Below, one piece after another: positions 33,810 through 44,948 of a stretch of 64,000 nt of DNA. Positions within the stretch are counted from its first letter, which is position 1. Each line of letters opens with the position of its first letter. Source of the DNA: an uncultured Rivularia sp. (lineage in GTDB: Bacteria > Cyanobacteriota > Cyanobacteriia > Cyanobacteriales > Nostocaceae). The notes beneath the pieces are model-generated. The model did no database searches. It was not told the DNA's origin and saw only the letters and a program-made list of their open reading frames with translations. A program made the translations under genes and the position numbers. The stretch is taken from positions 3,904,001 through 3,968,000 of the forward strand of contig OY762007.1 of assembly GCA_963665115.1 (NCBI GenBank), given 5' to 3'.

Positions 33810-35967
33810 TTAATTCCGATGCACCCCTGAATACTCCTCCGGATGTATGATATCTGATTCTTCTTCAAAGCGTGAAATAGGTTCCTCAACAGTAATGGTT
33901 ACATCGGCACCATCAATAACTACTCCCAATAATCCCATTTCAGATTCTACCAATTCATCAATGGCTTCACCGAATATATTTTCTTGGGTGTAATTTGGTC
34001 GAGTTACCATAACCATACCGTCGCTGTAAGGATGAATTAGTAAGGCATCGTTTGATAAGCCTAAAGGAGTTGTGTCTAAAATTACTAAGTCAAATCGTTC
34101 TCTAGCATCTTCCATTAGTCGCCGTAATTCGCTCGATTCAAGAACTGCGGCTGATTGCCGTAACGGACCGGGGCTAGGTACGATGTATAAGTTTTCCACG
34201 TCAGGAACAAGGTGGATGCATTCACTGCTGCCGTAGTAGCGCAGAGGTTCAATGTTGGCATCTGAATAGATATTTACATTTAACGATTCACAACAAGATG
34301 GCGATCGCAAATCTGTTTCGATAATTAATGTTCTTTTTCCAGCACGAGCGGAGGCTATCCCTAAGTTGTAAGCGCTTGTGGTTTTGCCTTCTGAACTACC
34401 CGTACTAGTAACAAGTACAACTTTGACTTTTTTACCGCCAGATCGACGTACATTAGAGCGGAATTTTTCTAAAATCTCCATGTAGGGAGACTCGGCAGAA
34501 AGCACCACCGGCACAAGCCCTTCTAGGTCTTCAACTGGCATTATAGGCAATTCTGCCAGCAGCAAAACTTCTCGCTGCTTGAGTGCGTTGCGAATATCTT
34601 CTTTTGTTTTGAGAGTACCTTCGAGAGAACCTAATAAAAAGATTACACCACCACCAATTAACAGTCCTAAGAAACCACCTATACCCAAAGTCACGGGTAC
34701 GCTTTGAGCAGTTGATTCTTGAGGTTCAACTCTTGGTGGCCCCACCAGCAATAACCAAAGTACTTACAGTTTCTGCTTCTGCTGTTCTAGCATCGGCTAA
34801 TTTTGCTTGCATCTGGTCGTACACGGCTTTTTTTAAACCTACCTGCTGTACTAGGCGCGAACGTTCTAATTGCTTGTTGGGGATGAGAGCATAATCTCGC
34901 TGTAATCTAGTTTGTTCTTGTGCTAAATCAAGGAACTGTCTTTGCAAAGTTTCCCGTTGAGTTTGTAAAGCTACTAATTGATTTGCTAACTGCTGCCGTG
35001 CGGGGTCTAAATTACTTTGGGCGCGGACACCGGAAACGTTGGGAAGAGGAGCAGTATTTCCGACTCCACCGACTACCTCAGCTGCACGTTGTTGCAGCAG
35101 TCGTTCATAAGCATCTTTTTGACGCTGTAAAGTAATCATTGCTGGATAAGTAGAACGCACGTCTTTTCTCAAAACCTCCATCTGCGATTCAACTTGATAA
35201 ATTTGGTTGCGTAAATTACCAATAATCGGATCGGCACTTAAAGCCGAAGAAGTATATGCTTGTTGAGCGCTCAAACCTAACCTTTGTTGCAAACTGCGAA
35301 TTTGAGCATCAATACCAGAAACGGTCAGTTTAATTTGCCTTTGTTGGTTTTGGCTACCCGTGATGGTGTTGAGCAAACTGCCATTTTCGGCGGCTAGAAT
35401 TGCCGGACGTTCTATGCGATCGTATTGCTCTAATTTCTTTTCAGCCTCTTCTAATTCAGTCGTAACTTTTGGCAGTCTTTCCTCAATTTTATCAATAATT
35501 GCTTGTAATTTTTCGGTATTATCATCGCCGCTCAACTGTATCATTGCTTGCCTAAAGGCAGACACTACCCGTTCGGCTCTTTTAGGCTCTGTATCTTGAT
35601 ATCTAATAGTAATAATGCCAGCACTTAACTGACCATCTTCCCCTATTTTAGGTACGCTAACTTTAAGATTTTTAGCAACTTTTTTTGGGTCTTCATTGAC
35701 TTTTTTTGCTACAGGAATTATTGTGTTTGCTACTAAAAATTTTTCTGATAATGCCAAACCTCTTTGCTGAATTTCACTACCAGTTGCGGAAAAACTAACT
35801 GGCGGAAGGTTATATTTTAAGGCTCCAGTGGCAATAAATTTTCGTGGTGGTTCTGGTTGTACGGCTAATATAGTTGAACCTGCAACAACTAAACCAAAAC
35901 TCGCTAATCCTATCCATTTGTATTTATCAAAAGCAATTAGATAGCGCTTAACAATTGGTGGAGTCAT
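33810..35967 (-). CDS. Wzc/GumC-like polysaccharide co-polymerase with BY-kinase domain; apparent +1 frameshift at about 34740-34743
   Basis: N-terminal TM and coiled coil (34726-35967) plus TM and STGSSEGKTT, IETDLRSP, VILDTTP (33810-34751); removing one C gives one 718-aa ORF. Confidence 0.85.
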
Positions 35968-36033
35968 GGCAAAGGTAGGTACAAACAGAATTGGCGGCGG
36001 ACATAGGTAATATCAGTTGACTTATATTGATAT

Positions 36034-37404
36034 CTAAAACGTGAAGGCTTCAAAAAAGCGGACAAAAGACTGAACATCAAGGAAAGGTCTAGTAACATTT
36101 GAAAGAACGTTGGTAATTTTACCAATTAGATTTCGACCAACAACAATAACATCGTTGTCTTGCAACGGTACGTTTTGAGATGCATCTCCTCTAAGTGCGG
36201 TTTTCGCATTTAGTTTTTGGGTAACTGCTTTTCCTTGTTCCGAGTCAAAGCGTATCAAGGCAATGTTTTTTAAATCGGAGCGAGGAATACTTACACTTCC
36301 TAAAGCATCAATAAAATTACTGCCATTAGGTAAAGTTTGAGTAACTATTCCTCCAGAAGCGTAATTTAATACACGTACTCTAATTATTGGCTGTGCTAAA
36401 GATGAACGCGCGACCACATTCGTATCATAACCATCATCCATCGCAACTTCACGGCGCGGAATGACTAGTGAATCGCCATCCTGTAACCGTAAAGACGGGA
36501 AAGTACCGCCATTTAACAACGGAGTGTACAAGTCAATACTTTGCGTGACTACCGAACCATCTATTAGTTTGCGACGCACTTGAATTTGCCGTAAATCAGC
36601 CGTTTTTGTTGAACCCCCGGCCGTTCGCAGAACATCAAGAATGCGGGGTAATGCCGGATTCACGGGATAAACCCCAGGTCTAGTTATTTCTCCAGCGACA
36701 TTTACTTGAATTGGTCGCGGTGATAATAAAGAAATCGTGACAACTGGGTCTACTTGAGTGCGCTGTAAACCCAAACGAATTTTTTCTTGGGCTTCTTCAA
36801 GAGTTAAACCTTTTACCGAAATTTTTCCCAGTCGGGGTACTGCAATATTACCTTCTACGTCTATTCTCGTCTGAAAATTTAGAGGAGGACGTTGCGCGGC
36901 TAATGCTACGGTAACGCTTGGTTCGACTACAAAACGATTCAAGACAGCACGAATTTTTGCTTGGGCTTGCTCTAAGGTTAAACCTTGGAGGGATACAGTT
37001 CCGGCTAAAGGCACTACAACATTACCCTCTCGATTTATCAATGCTTGGAAGCTCAAATCTGGGAAACGCTGCACTATTACAGTAATTCCATCTCCTGCTC
37101 CCAAACGATAACGACCCTCGGGTGCTTCCACAAATATGCCGATTACATCATCAGTGCCTAGAAGATATCTAGTAAATTGAGGTGATATCTCCCCATCATC
37201 GTTCGAGGGAAGCGGAGCTAAAAACTCCACGTCAGGTGGAGGTGCAGGAAGCGGTCCTACAGGGTTTTGTTGTAAAGGCGGTTGTTCTTGAGGTATCTGA
37301 GCATAAATAGGTTGGGAAGCTGTTGCAAAAAAAAGACTTATTTGAAGACTAGCAACACAAAAGGCGTTGAATCCACGCATATGACGTAATCGAGTTCTAA
37401 ACAT
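36034..37404 (-). CDS. Wza-like polysaccharide export protein (Poly_export + SLBB domains)
   Basis: YRLGAGD, GNVVVPLAG.V..QGLTLEQAQ, V.GEI.RPGVY, LQDGD. Confidence 0.9.
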   Translation of the reverse strand: MFRTRLRHMRGFNAFCVASLQISLFFATASQPIYAQIPQEQPPLQQNPVGPLPAPPPDVEFLAPLPSNDDGEISPQFTRYLLGTDDVIGIFVEAPEGRYRLGAGDGITVIVQRFPDLSFQALINREGNVVVPLAGTVSLQGLTLEQAQAKIRAVLNRFVVEPSVTVALAAQRPPLNFQTRIDVEGNIAVPRLGKISVKGLTLEEAQEKIRLGLQRTQVDPVVTISLLSPRPIQVNVAGEITRPGVYPVNPALPRILDVLRTAGGSTKTADLRQIQVRRKLIDGSVVTQSIDLYTPLLNGGTFPSLRLQDGDSLVIPRREVAMDDGYDTNVVARSSLAQPIIRVRVLNYASGGIVTQTLPNGSNFIDALGSVSIPRSDLKNIALIRFDSEQGKAVTQKLNAKTALRGDASQNVPLQDNDVIVVGRNLIGKITNVLSNVTRPFLDVQSFVRFFEAFTF

Positions 37405-37557
37405 CTGTGCTTCATAAACTGATTTAAAGCATAAAACGGCAAAATACCGTGCTTTATAAAAAACAGTTAAAATATTTAATTACTAGACATTTTTTTATAC
37501 TCTGCTTATCCTCTTACCTGCGAAAATACTGTTAAGAAAAAAATATTTAAATCTCTA

Positions 37558-38271
37558 TTAAGAACTGAAATTAAATAATTTAGTTTGCACCGTTTGACCA
37601 ATAGACTTTATTTGTTCCCAGGTTGTTTCTACTTCTCCTAAAGGCTCCATTGGAATAAATAAACTAACGGCAACCCAAGGAACGCGCTGCTTATGCCACT
37701 GTGCTAACTGGTCAGCCCAGAACCAATGTAAAGGCGAAAAATGCCCTCCGTTTGGCATTGCGTACCATTGCAAAACAGCGAAAGTTTGTTTTTTGCTAGA
37801 TGCACGGAAAAATCTTGCTTTTAGCTCAATTTTGTCTTTTGGTTGTGGCTGTTCAACTGCGAACTGGGCTTCTCTATATTGAGCAACCTGCCACTCTCCC
37901 CACTGCATTCTTCCCCAGCTATTAATTTCTGTCCATTCAACCTGGGGTTGGCTTTTAGGCCCATTTTGAGGTAACAACAGCAACATAGCTGTTGCGGGGG
38001 AATCCTCTTTTTCCATAACTTGTACAGACCATTTACCGGAACCGAGTTTCTGCTCTTGCTGTTGAGTAATTTTCCAACCAGGTAATGTTAAACCTGTTTC
38101 ACGCAACTGCTTTATCTCTCCAAGGTTAGTGATGGGTGGTGGTTGTTTCCATTGCCAATTACCTCGAAAGTATCCTGGTAGTGCCCCGATCGCCAGTAGC
38201 AGCACCAATAGTAAAAGTGCTGCTATCTGCAAAAACTGACGTTCCTTAAAAAATCGGGAAAGGGAAATCAT
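37558..38271 (-). CDS. Cyanoexosortase B-associated protein
   Basis: N-terminal TM, GALPGY..G.W.W..PP, QWYA.P.GG; immediately downstream of the exosortase. Confidence 0.8.
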   Translation of the reverse strand: MISLSRFFKERQFLQIAALLLLVLLLAIGALPGYFRGNWQWKQPPPITNLGEIKQLRETGLTLPGWKITQQQEQKLGSGKWSVQVMEKEDSPATAMLLLLPQNGPKSQPQVEWTEINSWGRMQWGEWQVAQYREAQFAVEQPQPKDKIELKARFFRASSKKQTFAVLQWYAMPNGGHFSPLHWFWADQLAQWHKQRVPWVAVSLFIPMEPLGEVETTWEQIKSIGQTVQTKLFNFSS

Positions 38272-38381
38272 TGAATGAACTATTAACTACGAAAGACAAA
38301 ATTGTACTTTTTATACTGGCATTTTGAGTTCAGTAATTTCAACAGTGCTTTACCGATTGTGCGGTGTTGGCAACAGATTAT

Positions 38382-39278
38382 TTACTGAATTTCATCCCCT
38401 GAGTTCTCAACCGAATCTTCTGAAAAATAACTATCAATCCAGTTAATCACTGGTATTAATACTAGTAACATACAAGCAGAATAAAGATCTCCACCCCAAC
38501 TATCATGTAGCCAATGGAAAGCACCATCTTGTCCAGTTGCGTGAAAAAAGGTAAGTAAAGTATTACGAATTATATTTGCGGTAACGCTGACAATCGCAGC
38601 AATTGATAAAAACCAAATGCTTTTGCGTCGGGAAGATAAAGTATCCGTCCAATAAAGCAGTATTAAACCGACATACATAGTAGTAAACAACATTTTTAAG
38701 CCAGCACAATAAGGCGCAACTTCTACAATGCGTCCTTTTGCGTAGATATTAATTCCATCTACAACTATAGGTAGACCAAATTGATTGAGAATAAAGCCAG
38801 CAGTTCCGGCAATAAAGCTTTGCAAAGGCAAAGTAAAAGGTGCTATCAAGTAAGGTACAGAATTAGGAGTTGCCAGCAGAATTAATAATAAAGGAAAACC
38901 CTGTAATTTCAAACCTTTAATTCCCTTTAACCACAAACATAATCCGGTTAATATTACGGGAAAAGATAGGTTTACCCATTCACCGACACCGCTAAGATAA
39001 AAAACTCCTCCGATTGCTAATAGTATGGCACCGAAGACATTAGTGTTATCCGGTAATCTCACCCATTGTTTGCGATTCATCCAAGTTAGATAAGCCGCAA
39101 ATGGAAAACCAATAATACCGTGGCTAAAATATTCGTGTTCGATACTAATATTTTTGTTTATCCAGCCATCGTACCAAAAAAGTACTAAGGGAGCATACAG
39201 TAGAACTAATATACCTAATATTGCATAATTTAATATTTGTGGTGGAATCGAACGTCTTACTTGTTGCTGAGTTAACAT
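38382..39278 (-). CDS. crtB: Cyanoexosortase B
   Basis: EHEYFSHG, VEVAPYCAG (Cys), NIIRN (Arg), WLHD (His); multi-TM. Symbol refers to the exosortase, not phytoene synthase. Confidence 0.85.
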   Translation of the reverse strand: MLTQQQVRRSIPPQILNYAILGILVLLYAPLVLFWYDGWINKNISIEHEYFSHGIIGFPFAAYLTWMNRKQWVRLPDNTNVFGAILLAIGGVFYLSGVGEWVNLSFPVILTGLCLWLKGIKGLKLQGFPLLLILLATPNSVPYLIAPFTLPLQSFIAGTAGFILNQFGLPIVVDGINIYAKGRIVEVAPYCAGLKMLFTTMYVGLILLYWTDTLSSRRKSIWFLSIAAIVSVTANIIRNTLLTFFHATGQDGAFHWLHDSWGGDLYSACMLLVLIPVINWIDSYFSEDSVENSGDEIQ

Positions 39279-39547
39279 AATTTTAGTTAATTCATCTTGT
39301 ATTTATATTTGAAAATCGATCAAAAACTTTCCGCAGTTAATCTATTTTTATTTTATATTTTGACTTGAAATTATGGATTATTATTTAAGATTAATGATGA
39401 CATAAAAAGTTCCATAAATAAAAATATCCCAGATTTTATACTGTTAAAAAAACATTTATTCTTAATTAAATCTAAAATTGAAACTTTAGTGAAATTTCAA
39501 TTTTAAATTGGTTTTTGCTGATAGATAGCTGATAACTTTAAACTCTG

Positions 39548-40714
39548 TTAAATATGGAGCAATTTATATTGCCGCTCGCTAACTACTGATGCAATTGCTG
39601 TCGCCACTTCCTTGACTTGATTGCTAGTTAAACCGGGGTACATGGGTAAGGATAATATTTGTTCTGCTAACTTTTCAGAATGAGGGAAGTCTCCCATTTC
39701 ATAGCCTAAATCCTTAAAAGCAGGCTGGAGATGGCAGGGAATTGGATAGTGAATTCCAGTTTGAATTCCCTTCTGGGTAAGTTTTTCTTGAATTTCCTCT
39801 CTTTGTAAAGGACAGGATTCATCTACTTTAATTACATAAAGGTGATAGACGTGTCCGTTACCACTTTGATTTTGCATGGGATTAATTCCCAATGGCTCCA
39901 AAGGTGCTAGTTCGCGATCGTACTGCTGAGCTATTTTCAAACGGCTAGCATTCCATCCTGCTAAATGGGGCAACTTTTGATGCAGTACTGCTGCTTGCAA
40001 AGTGTCCAAGCGGCTATTTGTGCCCAACTCGACGTGGTAATATTTTTTCGATGCACCATAATTCCGCAAGCGCACCATTTTCTGTGCTACTTCCCGATCT
40101 GAAGTAACTAATATTCCACCATCACCAAATGCACCCAAATTCTTACTAGGATAAAAACTATAAGCTGCTGCGATTCCGATTGAACCGGCTTTATATCCAT
40201 CTCTGTGGGCTAAGTGTGCTTGTGCCGCATCCTCAAAAATCAATAGGTTATGTCTTTCGGCAAAATCTATTAATTTTTTAGGAGACACTACTTGACCGTA
40301 CAAATGCACTGGAACAATAGCTTTAGTTTTCGGTGTAATTGCATTTTCTGCTGCCGCTAAATCTATTAAAGCAGTGTTCGGGTCGCAATCGACAAAAATT
40401 GGTTTAGCACCTGCACGCAAAACACCAATCAACGTTGCTACAAATGTATTTGCAGGGAGAATCACCTCGGAGTCAGCACCTATATTACAAGCTTGCAAAC
40501 CTAGCGCGATCGCATCAGTTCCGCTAGCAACTCCAACGCCATATTCTGCACCTGAAGAGACAGCAAATTCTGTTTCAAAATCGCTGAGCGCTTTACCTAA
40601 AATAAAATCTCCCCGTTCCAATACATCTTCAATTGCTTGCCGTATTCGTTTCTGAATTGGTTGATGCTGCAAACTTAAGTCTACAAAGGGAATTTTCACA
40701 TTTATATCACTCAT
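39548..40714 (-). CDS. DegT/DnrJ/EryC1/StrS sugar aminotransferase
   Basis: SGTDAI, EDAAQAH, SFYPSKNLGAFGDGG, NSRLD. Confidence 0.95.
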   Translation of the reverse strand: MSDINVKIPFVDLSLQHQPIQKRIRQAIEDVLERGDFILGKALSDFETEFAVSSGAEYGVGVASGTDAIALGLQACNIGADSEVILPANTFVATLIGVLRAGAKPIFVDCDPNTALIDLAAAENAITPKTKAIVPVHLYGQVVSPKKLIDFAERHNLLIFEDAAQAHLAHRDGYKAGSIGIAAAYSFYPSKNLGAFGDGGILVTSDREVAQKMVRLRNYGASKKYYHVELGTNSRLDTLQAAVLHQKLPHLAGWNASRLKIAQQYDRELAPLEPLGINPMQNQSGNGHVYHLYVIKVDESCPLQREEIQEKLTQKGIQTGIHYPIPCHLQPAFKDLGYEMGDFPHSEKLAEQILSLPMYPGLTSNQVKEVATAIASVVSERQYKLLHI

Positions 40715-41579
40715 ATAATCCGCAGCCTCTTTTAGTAAATATCATTTTTTAATACGCGCCTTATCTATTTATGACTAACTACTTAGAAATCAGCAAACAA
40801 ATATTATGAAGGTTCTGTAAATTTTATATTCATGTCCTAATGCTTTTATTTTATCTTGAGCGACCTTCAATAATTCATTAACTTTTTGCTATTCTTTCTC
40901 TGATTTTGTCTTATCTTTATGACAATTATCTAAGATGTTTTTTCATTAGTTAATTAATTGCGCTTTTCAATATTGCAAATTCTCTAAAGCTTTATTGCCG
41001 AGTAATTTATAAATAGAAACTTTATTCAATCAATGAAATTGATCTTGAAATATGCAATCTATTATACAAGAAACAGCAATTTGATCTAATTTGTGGCTAT
41101 TTCTTGATTTAATAATTAAATTTCGACAAGAAACTAGATGAAAATACTCAAAACATTTCGAGTATCTATGAATAAGATTGACTTTATTCGATTGTTTATC
41201 TAATTACCATTGATGGTTTTTCCAATCCTAATGACAACAGTGTATTTACGATAAAAAAACACCAAATATAGAAAATTCAGTAGACCCACGGGCATAATTT
41301 GATATGCGAACAAACAATCTTTCAGCTTTTGTTTGATGGTAATTATTTTATTTCTCGACCATAAGACAAGACAGATATAACTGCTATTTACAGCATCGAC
41401 TAATTGACCGTGAAACTACCCCTTTAGATGCTTGTAAGTGACATAAATTTCTGATTTAGAAAAAAAAATACGAGCAAGCTGTTTGTCTGAGGTGAATTTG
41501 GGGAATGCTTAAGAATAGTAAAGACGATAGATAAGTAAATGAAATATAGTTTCCAAGAAAAATTAAGGTAGCAGCGGTA

Positions 41580-43127
41580 ATGGTAGAGCCTGAAAACAAA
41601 ATGTTTGCCCACAAAGATGGTTGGGCAACGCCTGAGAACAAAGAGCAGCAACGGCTTCAAGCTATATTGAGGTTGGGTTTGCGGCAGCCAGAAACAATTC
41701 CGGTTTTTGAAGAAGCCACCCAAACTGCGGCCCACTTCCTCGAAGCACCTATTTCGATTCTGGGGTTTGTAGATAACGAGCGCCACTGGTTTAAGTCAGC
41801 GGTGGGTTTGTCCCGCTTGGGACTAATGAATCAGCTCGCACAAACCCGTCAACTATCAAGGCAAGAATCTTTCTGTACCCAGGTAGTAGAAAGTATGCAA
41901 ATGGTAGTAATTAACGATACGAATCAGCTGGATCGAGCGGAACTAGTTGCCGGTAAGCTAGTCAAGGATTATGGAATTCGTGCCTATGTAGGAGTGCCAC
42001 TGATTGATGCCCAAGGGTATTGTTTGGGCGCACTAGCGGTAATGGATTTAATGCCGCGCAATTTCTCCACTAGGGATATTGAGTTTTTGCAAATCATTGC
42101 TCGCTGGAGCATGAGTGAATTTGAACGCAACCGATTGCTCCAAGAAGGCACAGCAAAAAGTATTTCTTCTAAAAAAACAAATAACTTTGAAGAAGCTACT
42201 GCCTCGGAAATCAAAATCAGTGCGCCAGCTTTTCAAGACTCGGTTTTCACCAGTCAGCTGAAATTGCAGCTTTTAGGACAGTTGACTCAGGAGTTACGTA
42301 CTCCTTTAACATCAGTTTTAGGTATGGCTAGTGTTTTAGGACGGGAAATATACGGTCCTTTGACAACCAAGCAAAGAGAATATCTAGAAATTATTCAGCA
42401 TAGCGGTAGATATTTGCTTTCCTTAGTCAACGAAATTTCTGAGTTGGGAGCAATGGATGATACGAATACCGAACTAAATTTGGCTCCCGTAGATATTGAA
42501 ATGCTTTGCCAGCAAGCTATCAATACATTAGAAGAAGCAGCTGCTCGCCGCGAGCAAGATATTCGTCTATCTATAGAACCCGGACGAAATCGTATTTTGC
42601 CATTAGACAAAGATAAAGTGCGGCAAATTTTGTATCACCTGATTTTCAGCGTGATTCAACTTTCTGCAACTGGTAGCGTTGTGAGGATTCATGTTTCTTA
42701 TAAAGAAGATGCCCTCTTACTTACGATTTGGGTTTCTCATCCTTGGTTGGGAGAAGGAATAACCGAAGTAGATCCCTATTTCCGCCTTTCTCAAATATCT
42801 TCGATGGAACTCGCATCCGATATCAAGTCAGCTTTTAGCACTCATCCCGAAAGCAGAGAAACACTCAACGGTATGGCTTCAAAGAGTGGTATTCCAATTA
42901 CGGAGAATATTTCTTCTGGTGGAATTGCTGTTGATTCATCAAGCAACGAAAGTAATTCACAATCTGGTGGCGTATCCCGCGAAACCTTGGGCTTATTACT
43001 CAGTTGCCAATTAGCGGAGTTACACGGAGGAGACATCACAATTCAAGGTTCCCAAGAATCGGGATATCGCTATGTACTTTCTTTACCTTTAAATCAAGGT
43101 AATACTGAAGCAGTCTCAGATGCATAA
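41580..43127 (+). CDS. GAF-domain histidine-kinase-like protein lacking the phospho-His
   Basis: GAF (SFCTQVV, IRAYVGVPL); H-box reads TQELRTPL; degenerate N/G boxes. Confidence 0.85.
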   Translation: MVEPENKMFAHKDGWATPENKEQQRLQAILRLGLRQPETIPVFEEATQTAAHFLEAPISILGFVDNERHWFKSAVGLSRLGLMNQLAQTRQLSRQESFCTQVVESMQMVVINDTNQLDRAELVAGKLVKDYGIRAYVGVPLIDAQGYCLGALAVMDLMPRNFSTRDIEFLQIIARWSMSEFERNRLLQEGTAKSISSKKTNNFEEATASEIKISAPAFQDSVFTSQLKLQLLGQLTQELRTPLTSVLGMASVLGREIYGPLTTKQREYLEIIQHSGRYLLSLVNEISELGAMDDTNTELNLAPVDIEMLCQQAINTLEEAAARREQDIRLSIEPGRNRILPLDKDKVRQILYHLIFSVIQLSATGSVVRIHVSYKEDALLLTIWVSHPWLGEGITEVDPYFRLSQISSMELASDIKSAFSTHPESRETLNGMASKSGIPITENISSGGIAVDSSSNESNSQSGGVSRETLGLLLSCQLAELHGGDITIQGSQESGYRYVLSLPLNQGNTEAVSDA

Positions 43128-43413
43128 AGTTACATCTCACAAAATCCATGTGGTTTATTTGTTGCTTTCCCAACAATCTTTAATTAGCATCGCAGGAAAA
43201 TTTTCGGATTGATAATAGGTACGTTGTAATGATTGATGGGTAAGTGGTAATAGTTAAAGACAAAACTGTTACCACCAGAGCATTGCCGGATTGATTAATA
43301 ATTTGATTAATAATTTCCTAAATGCAGTCTAGATTATTACTTTTTTCGGACTAAGCACATTATTATTAGTCCATGATTTTCGCTCGATGCTAATTGACTA
43401 AGGCCCGAATTGT

Positions 43414-44841
43414 ATGGATTTCTTTTGGCAACAGTTAACTTTATCTTCTGTTCCCCTGAAGCAGTATATTACTTCTAGCTACCTACACCGTCTTCTAGTT
43501 GGGCTTTTAAGCTCTTGGCGGCAGACTAGCATTTTACTTCGCTGGGGAGATGCAATTGCGGTTGCATTATTAAGTCTTGTATATATTCTGGCTCCTTTCG
43601 TTTCCAATGGATTAATTGGTTTACTACTTGTAGCCTGTGTCGGATTCTGGTTGCTGCTGACTATTTCAGACGAACCAGCTAATTCTAATGCGGAGGGGAT
43701 TACACCAATACATTTACTGATTTTCCTTTACTGGGGAGTCGCGACTGTAGCAACGGCACTATCACCAGTAAAAAAAGCAGCATTTACAGGTTGGACAAAA
43801 CTAACTTTATATTTATTGCTGTTTGCTCTTTGTGCAAGGTTGCTCAAATCTTCTCGGATTCGTTCTTGGCTGATTGCTGTTTACCTACATATATCTTTAA
43901 TTGTTAGCGTCAATGGATTGCGACAATGGTTTTTTGGTGCAAAAGCATTAGCAACTTGGGTAGATCCAGAATCTTCTTTATCTAAAACTACAAGGATATA
44001 CAGTTATTTAGGTAATCCAAACTTACTTGCTGGCTATATTCTTCCTGCTGTAATTTTAAGTTTTATCGCTATTTTTGCATGGCGCAGTGGGTTTACTAAA
44101 GCTTTAGCGCTCACTATGTTTATTGTTAATAGTGCTTGTTTAATACTTACATTTAGTCGCGGTGGTTGGATTGGTTTAGTAGCATCATTGTTAGTCCTTT
44201 TAGTATTATTATTGTATTGGTGGAGTATCGATATGCCTCCTTTTTGGCGTACTTGGTCGCTGCCAATTCTGTTAGTCAGTTTAGGGATAGTATCTGTTTT
44301 AGCAGTATTATTTGTCCCACCCGTGCGCGAAAGGGTTTTAAGTATTTTTGCCGGTAGAGGTGATAGCAGTAATAACTTCCGAATTAATGTTTGGATGGCT
44401 GCGATTGAAATGATTAAAGATCGTCCGGTAATTGGTATTGGCCCTGGTAATAGCGCATTTAATAAGATTTACCCTCTTTATCAACGCCCTAATTTCACAG
44501 CTTTGAGTGCTTATTCGGTATTTTTAGAAATTGCAGTTGAAACAGGTTTAATTGGTTTTGTTTGTTTTATTTGGCTGTTAATTGTCACGTTTAATTCTGG
44601 TTTCGTGCAGTTACGACGTTTGAGACAGCAACGAAATGTACAAGGTTTGTGGTTAATTGCCGGAATTGTGGCTTTAGTAGGTATGCTCGGTCATGGTTTA
44701 GTTGATACTGTATGGTATCGTCCCCAAGTAAATACTTTATGGTGGTTGATGGTTGGTTTAGTTGCCAGCTACTGGAAGCCATTACCCAAAAATCAAGTAA
44801 ATCCAATAAATACTTCTCCTCAACCAACTGCAAACTGGTAA
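43414..44841 (+). CDS. ictB: IctB family membrane protein (O-antigen ligase/Wzy_C-like)
   Basis: LATWVDP, RIYSYLGNPNLLAGY, TFSRGGW, DSSNNFRINVW, ALSAYS. Confidence 0.92.
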   Translation: MDFFWQQLTLSSVPLKQYITSSYLHRLLVGLLSSWRQTSILLRWGDAIAVALLSLVYILAPFVSNGLIGLLLVACVGFWLLLTISDEPANSNAEGITPIHLLIFLYWGVATVATALSPVKKAAFTGWTKLTLYLLLFALCARLLKSSRIRSWLIAVYLHISLIVSVNGLRQWFFGAKALATWVDPESSLSKTTRIYSYLGNPNLLAGYILPAVILSFIAIFAWRSGFTKALALTMFIVNSACLILTFSRGGWIGLVASLLVLLVLLLYWWSIDMPPFWRTWSLPILLVSLGIVSVLAVLFVPPVRERVLSIFAGRGDSSNNFRINVWMAAIEMIKDRPVIGIGPGNSAFNKIYPLYQRPNFTALSAYSVFLEIAVETGLIGFVCFIWLLIVTFNSGFVQLRRLRQQRNVQGLWLIAGIVALVGMLGHGLVDTVWYRPQVNTLWWLMVGLVASYWKPLPKNQVNPINTSPQPTANW

Positions 44842-44948
44842 GCGGTTTAATAGTTACAAAATTGTAGATACGTCTCTCTTAGATACACAAAATTAGAGAC
44901 GTAAAATTTTACGTCTCTACATCACGATCGTATTTACATCAAAATTTG

